Source: Gemmatimonadaceae bacterium
GTDB lineage: Bacteria; Gemmatimonadota; Gemmatimonadetes; Gemmatimonadales; Gemmatimonadaceae
Direction of reading: 5' to 3'
Length of the DNA stretch: 64,000 nt
NCBI GenBank assembly: GCA_051859245.1
Contig: JBHYGA010000005.1
Span: 160,001-224,000 of the forward strand
Part shown: positions 40,383 through 50,317 of the stretch, one piece after another
Numbering within the stretch: the first letter of the stretch is position 1
Layout: every line of letters starts with the position of its first letter
Notes under the pieces: model-generated
The model's input: only the letters and a program-made list of their open reading frames with translations
Told to the model about the DNA's origin: nothing
Database searches by the model: none
Made by a program: the position numbers and the translations under genes

Positions 40383-41696
40383 ATGCGCGTTTGGCTGGAA
40401 CGGATGCTGCGCGCAACCGCGATGGTCGCGCTTTTCTACGCGTGGTGGCTCACGGGGCGTGCCGACACACGCAGTGCAGCACCGGCACCACTCACAGCCG
40501 ACACAGCCACCGCCCTCAGCGCGACGCAGCTCGCGCAAACGCTGGCCGATCCGATGCGGCAGCAGCTGCACGTGCCGATATCTACCATCCCTGATGCGGC
40601 ATCACGCGCCGTGCTGCATGCGGCGCAACGTGCGGGTGTTGCCGTGACATGGCAATCACGCGACACGATTCCTGCGGTGGCGATATCGGCGTTGGCATTG
40701 GCCGATCCGGCCGGTGGTACCGTGCTGCATGTGGTCGCGCGCGATTCGGCACCTCTGTCCCTCGCGGATTCTGTGGGCTGGCTCGACAGCGCCCGCACTG
40801 AGCGCGGTGGTGTCTCGTGGACACTGCCCGGATCACGCGGTGCGTATGCCGTCTCTCATGAACGCATTACCGCGCGCGTCATCCGGTCCGACTCTGCTTC
40901 GCTTGGTCGCGTTCGCTTGTTTGCCGCGCCAGGCTGGGAAGCGCGATTTGCCATGCGCGCGCTTGAAGAATCCGGCTGGAGTGTTGATGCCGCGTTTTCC
41001 ATCGCGCCGCGCGCGGTTGTCACTGCCGGTTCACTCAGTACACTTGATACGACTACGTATGCCGCCGTGATTGCACTCGACAGCTCTTCGTGGACCCACG
41101 CGGCCGCGATCGAACGTTTTGTGCGAAGCGGCGGCGGGTTGGTGCTCTTTGCGGACGCCGCACGAGGCAGCAGCATGCGCGCGCTTCGCGCCGGCGAGTC
41201 GGTCACGCGCCTCGCGGGTGTGCCGGGCGCGCTGCAAACCGCCGCGCCACGAGAAGGGCTCGCGCTCTCTCCGATCTCCTCACTCGCCGCCAACGCCGTT
41301 GCGATCGAACGGAGCGCGCGGGCCGGTGCACCGTTGGCCATCGCGGCACGTGTAGTCGGCGTGGGTCGCGTGTTGCAGGTGGGTTACGCAAACACATGGG
41401 AATGGCGCATGCTTGGCGCGGATGGCGCGCCGGCCGATCACCGTGCGTGGTGGCAATCGTTGTTGCATCGCACGGCATTTGTGTCGCACAAGGGCGGCGA
41501 GGTGTATACGGCCTTTCCGGGGGACGCGGCCCCGTTGGCTGATCTCGTGGCGCGTGTAGGGCCCCCCGGCGCGCCGCGAGCTTCGGAGTTCGCAAGCTCT
41601 CTGTTGCCGACCGCGCCACCGGTCTGGTTGTTCGTGCTGGCCGCCTTCGCGCTACTCGCCGCATGGTGGTCACGCCGCCTCAGAGGTGCACGATGA
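40383..41696 (+). CDS. Membrane-anchored protein with glutamine-amidotransferase-like region
   Basis: PGWEARF, FVRSGGGLVL, GVGRVL, TWEWRM; C-terminal WWSRRLRG. Confidence 0.7.
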   Translation: MRVWLERMLRATAMVALFYAWWLTGRADTRSAAPAPLTADTATALSATQLAQTLADPMRQQLHVPISTIPDAASRAVLHAAQRAGVAVTWQSRDTIPAVAISALALADPAGGTVLHVVARDSAPLSLADSVGWLDSARTERGGVSWTLPGSRGAYAVSHERITARVIRSDSASLGRVRLFAAPGWEARFAMRALEESGWSVDAAFSIAPRAVVTAGSLSTLDTTTYAAVIALDSSSWTHAAAIERFVRSGGGLVLFADAARGSSMRALRAGESVTRLAGVPGALQTAAPREGLALSPISSLAANAVAIERSARAGAPLAIAARVVGVGRVLQVGYANTWEWRMLGADGAPADHRAWWQSLLHRTAFVSHKGGEVYTAFPGDAAPLADLVARVGPPGAPRASEFASSLLPTAPPVWLFVLAAFALLAAWWSRRLRGAR

Positions 41697-41764
41697 GCGC
41701 CATGCAGGGAAACGCGCGCGTGGCACCGGTAGCGGCAGCACCGATGCGTGACGTAACATCAAGG

Positions 41765-42697
41765 ATGTCAGTTGCCTTGATTTCGCACTCGGATTGTGGA
41801 CTGCATGACACGGGCTGGGAACACGTGGAGCATGTGGGGCGGCTCCGCGCAATTCCCAGCGCGCTCAAGTATCACCCCGAGCTGTTCCACGCGGTGCTGC
41901 ATCATGAAGGGCGGCACGCCACACCCGCCGAGCTCGCGCTGGCACACGATGCGGCGTACATCTCGCGCGTCGAAGCGTTTGCCAGCTCCGGCGGTGGACA
42001 TCTCGATCCAGACACCGTGGTGAGCAGCGGCTCGTATCTCGCCGCAACCGCCGCCGCAGGTTGTGTGCTCGACGCGATCGACATGCTCTACGACGGACGC
42101 GCTACGCGCGCATTCTGCGCCGTTCGCCCACCCGGACATCACGCCGTGCGCGACCGTGCCATGGGATTTTGTCTGTTTGGCAACATCGCCGTTGGTGCGT
42201 TGTACGCGCTCAACAAGCAGTATGCCGAACGCGTGCTCGTGATTGACTGGGACGTGCATCATGGCAATGGCACTCAGGCGCTGGTGGAAAACAACGAGCG
42301 CATTCGTTTTGTATCCATCCATCAGTGGCCGTGGTACCCGGGCACGGGAGCACGCACCGATCACGGTCCGCACAAAAGCGTGTGGAATGTGCCCATGGCC
42401 GAAGGCCTCACACCAGACGCGTACACACAAGCGCTCTGGAACGCGGTCGACGAGGCCACGCGCGACTGGACGCCTGATCTCGTACTGCTCAGCGCCGGCT
42501 TTGACAGTCTCGCAGGTGATCCACTCGGCGGGTTCACGTGGACGAGCGAACACATCGCCGCGATGACGCGCGAACTTGGTCGCCGAGCAGATGTTTGGTG
42601 CGAGGGTCGCATTGTGAGTGCGCTCGAAGGTGGATACGCACCGGCGCAAACGGCCGAAGCGGCCATCGCACACCTTAGCGCACTCGTTCACGAATGA
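41765..42697 (+). CDS. Histone deacetylase family protein
   Basis: RPPGHHA, MGFCLF, DWDVHHGNGTQ, SAGFD, LEGGY; start 41765 or 41693. Confidence 0.95.
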   Translation: MSVALISHSDCGLHDTGWEHVEHVGRLRAIPSALKYHPELFHAVLHHEGRHATPAELALAHDAAYISRVEAFASSGGGHLDPDTVVSSGSYLAATAAAGCVLDAIDMLYDGRATRAFCAVRPPGHHAVRDRAMGFCLFGNIAVGALYALNKQYAERVLVIDWDVHHGNGTQALVENNERIRFVSIHQWPWYPGTGARTDHGPHKSVWNVPMAEGLTPDAYTQALWNAVDEATRDWTPDLVLLSAGFDSLAGDPLGGFTWTSEHIAAMTRELGRRADVWCEGRIVSALEGGYAPAQTAEAAIAHLSALVHE

Positions 42698-43971
42698 AGA
42701 CCACACGCGCGCGTTGCCGGAGTCATCGCTCGGTTCCAATGTTGTCCGCTGTGCTTGCCACATGGGTGCTTGTGGCGTGCCAACGCGGGGCACCGCGTGA
42801 GTCGGACAACACACCACAAACATCGGTGCGTGACAGTGCCGGTGTGCGCATCGTGTCGGCCGGCTTCTCGCGCGACTCACTGCGCAGCAACGAAGCGTTG
42901 CGTGTGCTGGACACGTTGCTGAACGGGGCGAACGCTGAGGCCGAAGGGGTGGTTGGGCTGGTGGCGTTGCAGCCGCTCGCGGATTCATCGCTGGTGATTT
43001 TCAGTCAGAGCGGGCCGGCGTTGTTGCGGTTCCCAAACGCGGGACGCGGCCGCGCTGAACCGATCGCAAAAGTTGGTGCCGAACTCGGCGAGTTCAGCGC
43101 GCGCACCACAATCCTGCCGTACCGGCCCGACACGTTGCTGCTGTGGGACTGGGATGCAGGTCGACTCACGCGCGTCACCGCGGCCGGTTTGGGTGACGCC
43201 ATTGACATCCAGTTTGCGCTTCCGCGGATCGCGACCGTGTCTGGCGCGTTTCACAGCGGTGTTCCCATTGCCGTGACGATCGCACCGCCGCAGGAGCAAG
43301 GCGCGGGTGTGTCGCGCGCGGCGATGGCGCTCTTGCGTTTTGGAGCGGACGGCGCGTTCCGCGACACCCTGTTGCAGCTGCGCGGGCCGGAACGCACGGT
43401 GCAACTTGGTCGACCCGGTGCAGCCGGTGACAACCAGGGCGTGCGCTCCGGCAGTATTCCGTACGGTCGCACCACGCTCTGGACGCTCGGCGCGCACAGC
43501 GTGTTGGTGCACGATACCGAGGGCTGCGAAATCGCGCGCTATGATTCAACGGGCACGCTTCGCATGCGACTCGATTTTTCATGCGCGATCGAAGCGGTCA
43601 CGCCTGAAGACCGTGAACGCTTCCTTTCAGAAGTCTTGTCCACCGCGCGCTCACGCTCTGATTCCGCGATCCGCACACGTTTCGTTGACGAGGCGTCGTT
43701 CCCACCCACCAAGGCCACCGCGAGTGGATTGCTCACCGATCCGTGGGATCGCATCTGGCTTCGATTGCCGGTAAATGGCCCGACGGACGATTGGGTATGG
43801 TGGGTGTTCGACGCAGAGGGTATTCCCATGACGCGCGTATCGCTCGGTCGACAATGGCGGATTGCCGCGGTGCGTGAACGAGATCTGATCGCGGTGCAAA
43901 CCGATCGCGACGACGTGCCACCGGTTGTGGTGCGCATGGCGCTACCCGACGCGCTGCACCACACGCCGTAA
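42694..43971 (+). CDS. Putative lipoprotein, beta-propeller-like
   Basis: Lipobox LVAC; VRDSAGVRIV; beta-rich repeats with DPWDRIW and WVFDAEG. Confidence 0.65.
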   Translation: MKTTRARCRSHRSVPMLSAVLATWVLVACQRGAPRESDNTPQTSVRDSAGVRIVSAGFSRDSLRSNEALRVLDTLLNGANAEAEGVVGLVALQPLADSSLVIFSQSGPALLRFPNAGRGRAEPIAKVGAELGEFSARTTILPYRPDTLLLWDWDAGRLTRVTAAGLGDAIDIQFALPRIATVSGAFHSGVPIAVTIAPPQEQGAGVSRAAMALLRFGADGAFRDTLLQLRGPERTVQLGRPGAAGDNQGVRSGSIPYGRTTLWTLGAHSVLVHDTEGCEIARYDSTGTLRMRLDFSCAIEAVTPEDRERFLSEVLSTARSRSDSAIRTRFVDEASFPPTKATASGLLTDPWDRIWLRLPVNGPTDDWVWWVFDAEGIPMTRVSLGRQWRIAAVRERDLIAVQTDRDDVPPVVVRMALPDALHHTP

Positions 43972-43983
43972 CGCGAACAGCGT

Positions 43984-44784
43984 ATGCCATCGCCTCGCGT
44001 TCCGCCCGTTCCCGTGGTGCTGCGCCTCGTGCAATCGGTGGTGCTCGGTCGCTGGCGCGGCTCGGTGGAAACGCTGTATCGCGAACTCGCCGATTTGTTG
44101 GAAGCCGGGGCGGGGAAAGACGTACTGGTGAGTGGATGTGGTGACGGGCGGAACGCTGAATGGTTGGCGCTGCGCACGCGTGCGTCGGTGATCGGGGTGG
44201 ATCCCGATAGTGAACGAATGAACGCGGCGGCCGCGCGTGTGGCCACGGAGCGCAAGACCACCACGGTGAGTTTTCAGAGTGCACCGCTCGATGACTTGCC
44301 CTTTGACGACGCCGTGTTCGATGGCGCGATTGGTGAACCCGTGCTCGCTGCGGCCAGCAATCCGGTGCGCGCCGTGGCGGAGCTGGCACGTGTGGTGAAA
44401 CCGTACGCACCGGTGGTGTTGTGTCAGCTTACCTGGAATGCCGACTTTGATGCGGATGAACGCGAAGCCGTCGTGGAGCGACTTGGACTGGGGCTGCGCC
44501 ACGTGGTGGAGTGGAAGCAGATGATGCGCGAAGCCGGTCTGGTAGATATTGAAGTGGACGACTGGACCGACCGTGGCATGCGTGGGCGCGTGGACAGTGC
44601 ACCACGATTTACGCTCCGTGAAAAATTGCAGATCGCAAGCCGCGCCTGGCGTCGCTTTGGCTGGCGTGCCGCACGTGAGGCGGTTGATCGCGAAACACAA
44701 CTCTTGCACGTCCTGTCGCAGGAACGTGCGGTAGGCTTCCATCTCATTCGCGGCGTCAAGTGGCCGCATCCGAGAACGCCGTGA
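43984..44784 (+). CDS. Class I SAM-dependent methyltransferase
   Basis: VLVSGCGDG, IGVD, LPFDDAVFD, ELARVVKP. Confidence 0.88.
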   Translation: MPSPRVPPVPVVLRLVQSVVLGRWRGSVETLYRELADLLEAGAGKDVLVSGCGDGRNAEWLALRTRASVIGVDPDSERMNAAAARVATERKTTTVSFQSAPLDDLPFDDAVFDGAIGEPVLAAASNPVRAVAELARVVKPYAPVVLCQLTWNADFDADEREAVVERLGLGLRHVVEWKQMMREAGLVDIEVDDWTDRGMRGRVDSAPRFTLREKLQIASRAWRRFGWRAAREAVDRETQLLHVLSQERAVGFHLIRGVKWPHPRTP

Positions 44785-45800
44785 CTGAACCGTTGCCATC
44801 CGTCATTCGTCCAAGTGCAACGCCAGAGATCAGTGTCTGGCATGGTCCGGGCGACGAGCGCGCGGTCACGTGTCATCCGCGAGATATCCCTGGGCTCCTG
44901 GCGCGCCGCGACGGCGCATTGTGGGTGCATCTTGATGCACAAAGTCCGGCCCAACACGCGTTGCTCGAACATGTCTTTCGATTTCATCCACTCGCCATCG
45001 AAGACACGCTGAACCCGGCAACTCGCGTCAAGATCGAAGAGTACGACGGCTATCTGTTTGTCGTCGTGCGCGCAGTGGCTTTCTGTGAATCAACGGACGA
45101 TCCGTACGATCTCGAAACGCAGGACCTCTATGCGTTTCTCAGCCCCAATGCACTTGTTACGGTGTCAGCAGGCGCTATCCCGTCCATCACTGCGGTGTCG
45201 GAGCGCCTCACGCGCAACCCGGAAATGATGGCCCGCGGTCTCGACCGCCTGCTGCACGCACTCCTGGATGAAACGATCGACGCGTTCTTCCCGGTATTGG
45301 AACGCATTGACGAGTTTGTGGATGGGCTGGAAGAACGCGTGTTTGTGGAGTTTGACGAAAGTGCCTTGCGCGACATTTTTCAGGTGAAGCGACTGGTCTT
45401 GTCACTGCGGCGGCACCTCTCGCCACAACGTGAAGTGCTCGCCACATTAGCGAATCGCCCAACGCCGTTACTGACGGCGGGCACCCAACTGTATTTCCGC
45501 GACATTTACGATCACATTCTGCGTATTACCGATTCGCTCGATACGTACCGGGATCTGCTGAGCAGCACGATGGACAGTTACCTCACACAAGTGTCGAACC
45601 GACTCGGCGCGACCACCAAGGCGCTGTCGGTGCTGGCTACCATGAGTCTGCCATTTGTCGTGGTCAGTGGCATGTGGGGCATGAACTTCAACAAGATCCC
45701 GCTCTCCGGTTCGCCGTCCGGTTTCTGGATTATGCTCGTGCTGCAACTGGCGATTGGTGGCGCGTTGCTTCTGTTCCTGCGTCGTCGTCGCATTCTGTAA
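44781..45800 (+). CDS. corA: CorA-family Mg/Co transporter
   Basis: FHPLAIED, YFRDIYDH, GMWGMNF, two C-terminal TMs. Confidence 0.93.
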   Translation: MTEPLPSVIRPSATPEISVWHGPGDERAVTCHPRDIPGLLARRDGALWVHLDAQSPAQHALLEHVFRFHPLAIEDTLNPATRVKIEEYDGYLFVVVRAVAFCESTDDPYDLETQDLYAFLSPNALVTVSAGAIPSITAVSERLTRNPEMMARGLDRLLHALLDETIDAFFPVLERIDEFVDGLEERVFVEFDESALRDIFQVKRLVLSLRRHLSPQREVLATLANRPTPLLTAGTQLYFRDIYDHILRITDSLDTYRDLLSSTMDSYLTQVSNRLGATTKALSVLATMSLPFVVVSGMWGMNFNKIPLSGSPSGFWIMLVLQLAIGGALLLFLRRRRIL

Positions 45801-45833
45801 CGTCGCGCTCACCTTCACTCATCTCATCGCCCC

Positions 45834-46835
45834 ATGTTCTGTCCGGAGTGTGGCACCTGGAATCGCGCGGCAGCGGCTCGCTGTACACGTTGTGGGGTGC
45901 CGCTCCCCGACGTGAGCGCGCCGCCGCTCGAGGCGCCAGATGAAGAACTGTCCGACTTGCGCCGCGTCACCGGCAATCGCTACACGGTGATCAAGCGCCT
46001 CGGCAGCGGTGGCATGGCGCATGTGTACCTTGCGCGTCACGTTGCGCTGGCTCGACCCGTTGTGATCAAGGTGCTGCATCGCACCCTCGCGCGTGAATCA
46101 GAAATGCGCGAGCGGTTCCGGCGTGAAGCCGAGGCTGCTGCACGGCTGGTGCACCCGTACGTATGCGCGATTCTTGATCAGGGCGCATCTGGCGACATTG
46201 TGTATCTCGTGATGCCGTACTACGCGGGTGGTTCGCTGGCCGACATGCTCACGCGCTCGCGCCGTCTGCCGGCCAGGATCGCGGCGGGGATTGGAGCACA
46301 GGTGGCCTGCGCGCTCGACTACGCGCATCGACGGGGCGTGGTACACCGTGATGTGAAGCCCGACAACGTGCTGTTCGACGAAGACACGAACGCCGTGCTC
46401 ACCGATTTTGGTATTGCCACGGCGCGATTCCACGGTCGACTCACCGCGACCGGTCGCGCGATGGGTACACCGCACTACATGTCGCCGGAGCAGGCCATGG
46501 GGCGCCTGGTGGACGGTCGCAGCGATTTGTACGCGGTTGGCTTGTTGCTCTACGAAATGCTGACCGGACATCCGCCGTTCGATGGCGCGGATTCGTATGC
46601 GGTAGGATACAAGCACGTGCACGAGCAACCGGTGGCGCCGGACATTGCGCAGCCGGAGGTGCCAGCCGCCATGAGCGCCATTGTCATGCGGTGCCTCACC
46701 AAACTGCCAGCGGAACGATACGATCGTGGCTTTGAGCTGGCCGACGCGCTGCTCGGCTTTCTCGCCACGCACGGCACCCCGGACGAGGCCCGTGCCGCGC
46801 GCGCTGCCCGTGCGACGGGTGTGACCCCCACTTAA
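45834..46835 (+). CDS. Hanks-type Ser/Thr kinase with N-terminal zinc ribbon
   Basis: CPEC...CTRC; GSGGMAHVY, HRDVKPDN, DFG, GTPHYMSPE; no TM. Confidence 0.95.
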   Translation: MFCPECGTWNRAAAARCTRCGVPLPDVSAPPLEAPDEELSDLRRVTGNRYTVIKRLGSGGMAHVYLARHVALARPVVIKVLHRTLARESEMRERFRREAEAAARLVHPYVCAILDQGASGDIVYLVMPYYAGGSLADMLTRSRRLPARIAAGIGAQVACALDYAHRRGVVHRDVKPDNVLFDEDTNAVLTDFGIATARFHGRLTATGRAMGTPHYMSPEQAMGRLVDGRSDLYAVGLLLYEMLTGHPPFDGADSYAVGYKHVHEQPVAPDIAQPEVPAAMSAIVMRCLTKLPAERYDRGFELADALLGFLATHGTPDEARAARAARATGVTPT

Positions 46836-46902
46836 ACTCAAGGAGCGGCGGCGCGTGCCGCTCCTAACCATCAGCTGTTCGTCAACACTCCCCTCGCCGA
46901 CC

Positions 46903-47940
46903 ATGCAACTCTCCTGGGAAGTTCTGTCTGTACACACAAAGCATCCGTTCATCATTGCGCGCGGCGGTACAGCAACCTGGTCGGTGGTGTGGGTCAAGAT
47001 TCGCGATACTGATGGACTCGAAGGGTGGGGTGAAGCGGCACCGAGTCGTTTTTACGGCGAGAATGCGGACTCGGTGGTGGCGGCGCTGCAACGGTTCAAG
47101 CCGCTGCTTGAACAGGCCGACGGCTGGTCGCTCGAAGCAATTGAAAAAGAACTGAGCCTGGCCATTCGCTGGAATGCCGCCGCAAAAACGGCGGTCAGCG
47201 CTGCGCTGCACGACCTGGTGGGCAAACGCCTGGGCGTACCGCTCTGGAAACTGTGGGGACTCTCGCCGGCGAACTCACCACAGTCATCGTTCACGATTGG
47301 CATTGCGCCAGATGACGACACACTGCGCGCGCGCGTGCGTGAGGCGGCCGCGTTTCCCGTGCTCAAGGTAAAGCTTGGATCGGCGCGTGATCGCGAAATT
47401 CTGGCGATTGTGCGGGAAGAAGCGCCAAACGCGGTAATTCGTGTTGATGCAAACGCCGCCTGGACACCCAAGAGCACGCTCGCGATGCTCGACACACTCG
47501 TTAAATACGGTGTGGAAATGCTGGAGCAGCCGCTGCCACCGCATGATCTCGATGGACTGCGTTTTATTCGTGAACGCTGCCCAATGCCACTCTTTGCCGA
47601 CGAGTCGTGCTTGGTGGCATCAGATATTCCGAAGCTGGCGGAATGTGTGGATGGCATCAATCTCAAGCTGATGAAGTGTGGCTCACTGCGTGAAGCGCTG
47701 CGCATGATTGCCACGGCGCGCGCGCACAATCTGCAAGTCATGTGTGGCTGCATGATTGAAACCACGTTGGGCATTGCGTCGGCCGCACACTTTGCGCCGC
47801 TGCTCGACTACGTGGACCTCGACGGTGCCGCATTGCTGGCTGATGATCCGTTCGACGGCCCATCCATCACTGCTCCCAACGCACTCGGTTCGATCACGCT
47901 TGGCGATGCCCCCGGACTTGGCGTCACGAAACGAGGCTGA
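46903..47940 (+). CDS. Dipeptide epimerase (L-Ala-D/L-Glu epimerase, enolase superfamily)
   Basis: GWGEAAP, LKVKLG, VDAN, EQP, ADES, KLMKCG, DLDG. Confidence 0.92.
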   Translation: MQLSWEVLSVHTKHPFIIARGGTATWSVVWVKIRDTDGLEGWGEAAPSRFYGENADSVVAALQRFKPLLEQADGWSLEAIEKELSLAIRWNAAAKTAVSAALHDLVGKRLGVPLWKLWGLSPANSPQSSFTIGIAPDDDTLRARVREAAAFPVLKVKLGSARDREILAIVREEAPNAVIRVDANAAWTPKSTLAMLDTLVKYGVEMLEQPLPPHDLDGLRFIRERCPMPLFADESCLVASDIPKLAECVDGINLKLMKCGSLREALRMIATARAHNLQVMCGCMIETTLGIASAAHFAPLLDYVDLDGAALLADDPFDGPSITAPNALGSITLGDAPGLGVTKRG

Positions 47941-50260
47941 ACGCAGCGAGACGGTCAACCACGGGTCCGCGAGCGAAACGGCAACGTCTGCGACCGGCGC
48001 GCGCTGCGTGTCAGTCGCGCTGCCGGTTCCGCTGTTTCGCGCGTTCACCTATCTCGTGCCAGACGCGCTGCCGCTACCCGAGGCTGGTCAGCGTGTGGTC
48101 GTGCCGTTTCGCAACAAGAAGGTGGTCGGCATTGTGCTCGCGCATACGGAGGCGCCGGCCGGTGTCACGCTGAAGCATGTGATCGGCGTTCCGAACGAAG
48201 CGCTGGCGTTTCCACCGGCGCTGTTGCACACGGCCGAATGGATTGCGGAGTACTACGCCGCACCGATCGGACTCACCGTGCGTGCGATGCTCCCCACAGC
48301 GCTCACCAGCAGCACAGTGCCGACGCCCGCCGTACGCACGCAGCGGCGCGTGCGGATTCTGTCGCCACTCGAATCGTTGCTCGCGCGCGAAGCCGCGTTT
48401 GCGCGCGCTCCAAAGCAACGTGCATTGTTCGAGCTGCTTGAATCGCGCGGTGGTGAAGCACCGGTCACATCACTGCTCACGCAAGCCGATTGCACGCCTG
48501 CGGTGCTTGATGCGCTCGTCAAGAAGCAATTGGTGGAAGTGTCGCACGAATCTGTGCAGCGCGATCCGTTTGCCGATCGCGCTGTTGTCGCGCCGCCACT
48601 CACCCCAACCGAAGCGCAGCGCGCCGCCGTGCACGCCATTGTCAACGCGGCGCCTGGTGCGACGCTGTTGCTGCACGGCATCACGGGGAGCGGTAAAACG
48701 CTCGTGTACATTGAGGTGTTGCGAAAGCTCGTTACGGAGCAGGGCCGTTCCGCGATTGTACTGGTGCCGGAAATCGCACTCACACCGCAAGCGGTCGATC
48801 GTTTTCGCGGCGCGTTCGGTGATGATGTGGCCGTGTTGCACTCCGCGCTCAGCGACGGGGAACGCTACGATGCCTGGCGCGCACTGCGCGATGGCACGCG
48901 ACGCATTGCCGTTGGTGCGCGGTCTGCGCTCTTTGCTCCGCTCACGAACGTTGGTGTGATCATCGTCGACGAAGAACACGACGCGAGCTACAAACAGGCG
49001 GAAACACCGCGCTATCACGCCCGGGAAGCTGCGATTGTGCGCGCGCAGGCTGAAGGGGCGGTGGTTGTGCTGGGCAGCGCCACGCCCGGACTCGAAACGT
49101 GGGAACGCGCCGACACCGGATTCATTCAGCGTCTTGAACTACCACTGCGCGCGACGGGAGCGTCGCTGCCACAGGTTCGTGTGGTTGATCTGCGCGGCGT
49201 GGTACGCGATGCTCTCGCCAATCGACCGCCCAACGCGCCGTTCGATGAAACGATTGGCATTCTCTCGCCCGAGCTGGCGGTGGCGATTGAAACGCGTCTC
49301 GCTCGCAACGAGCAATCCGTACTGTTGCTCAATCGCCGCGGATTCGCGGCGTTCCTAGAATGCCGTGACTGTGGTGATGTCACGCAGTGCCCGAACTGCT
49401 CCATTGCGCTCACGTATCATCGCGTACCGGAGTCGCTGGTGTGCCACTACTGTCAGCACCGCGCTCCGGTGCACACCACATGTCGCGCCTGCGGCGGACT
49501 CGCGCTCGCGCGCAAGGGACTGGGTACACAGCAGGTGGAACGCGTGGTGGCGGAACGGTTTCCGTCCGCACGTATTGCGCGCATGGACGTGGACACGACC
49601 AGCGGCAAATGGGCGCACAGCAACATTCTCGATCGTGTCGCACGACGCGAAGTCGACATTTTGCTGGGCACACAAATGATTGCCAAGGGACTCGACTTTC
49701 CGGACGTCACGCTTGTTGGGGTGATCGATGCGGACACCGGACTGAGCTTGCCGGATTTTCGTGCGTCTGAGCGCACGTTCCAGTTGCTCAGTCAGGTCGC
49801 CGGTCGGGCTGGTCGCAGCAGCAAGCCCGGTGAGGTGTTGATCCAGACGCGTCGTCCGAATCATCACGCGGTGCACTGTGCGGTGACGCATGATGTGCCC
49901 GGGTTTATTCAGGCTGAACTCGCCGAACGTCGCGCGCCGGCGTATCCGCCGTTTGTGCGACTGGCCAACATTGTGATCAGCGGTGAGGACGAATCCAATA
50001 CCAGCGCGAAGGCCATTGAAACGGCCGACTGGACGCGTGCGTTGCTCCGCAGTCGCGGTATCCGTGAGGTGGAGGTGGTAGGACCCGCACCGTGCCCCAT
50101 TCACCGCATCAAGGAACGCTGGCGCTGGCATTTTTTCCTGCGTACGCCCAAGTCGGGATTGCTCACCAGACTATGCCGTTTTGTGGCCGAACGCGCGCCA
50201 GCCGCCCGTGACGCGAGTGTACGCCTGGTCGTCGACCGCGACCCGGTGGCGTTGCTGTAG
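47906..50260 (+). CDS. priA: Primosomal protein N'
   Basis: GITGSGKT, VPEIALTPQ, DEEH, four CxxC, GTQMIAKGLDFP, QVAGRAGR; start uncertain. Confidence 0.97.
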   Translation: MPPDLASRNEAERSETVNHGSASETATSATGARCVSVALPVPLFRAFTYLVPDALPLPEAGQRVVVPFRNKKVVGIVLAHTEAPAGVTLKHVIGVPNEALAFPPALLHTAEWIAEYYAAPIGLTVRAMLPTALTSSTVPTPAVRTQRRVRILSPLESLLAREAAFARAPKQRALFELLESRGGEAPVTSLLTQADCTPAVLDALVKKQLVEVSHESVQRDPFADRAVVAPPLTPTEAQRAAVHAIVNAAPGATLLLHGITGSGKTLVYIEVLRKLVTEQGRSAIVLVPEIALTPQAVDRFRGAFGDDVAVLHSALSDGERYDAWRALRDGTRRIAVGARSALFAPLTNVGVIIVDEEHDASYKQAETPRYHAREAAIVRAQAEGAVVVLGSATPGLETWERADTGFIQRLELPLRATGASLPQVRVVDLRGVVRDALANRPPNAPFDETIGILSPELAVAIETRLARNEQSVLLLNRRGFAAFLECRDCGDVTQCPNCSIALTYHRVPESLVCHYCQHRAPVHTTCRACGGLALARKGLGTQQVERVVAERFPSARIARMDVDTTSGKWAHSNILDRVARREVDILLGTQMIAKGLDFPDVTLVGVIDADTGLSLPDFRASERTFQLLSQVAGRAGRSSKPGEVLIQTRRPNHHAVHCAVTHDVPGFIQAELAERRAPAYPPFVRLANIVISGEDESNTSAKAIETADWTRALLRSRGIREVEVVGPAPCPIHRIKERWRWHFFLRTPKSGLLTRLCRFVAERAPAARDASVRLVVDRDPVALL

Positions 50261-50317
50261 AGCCGGACCAGCACGGGCCCTCGCGTTCGTCGACATCGCA
50301 GTTGCTAGTATTCAGGC

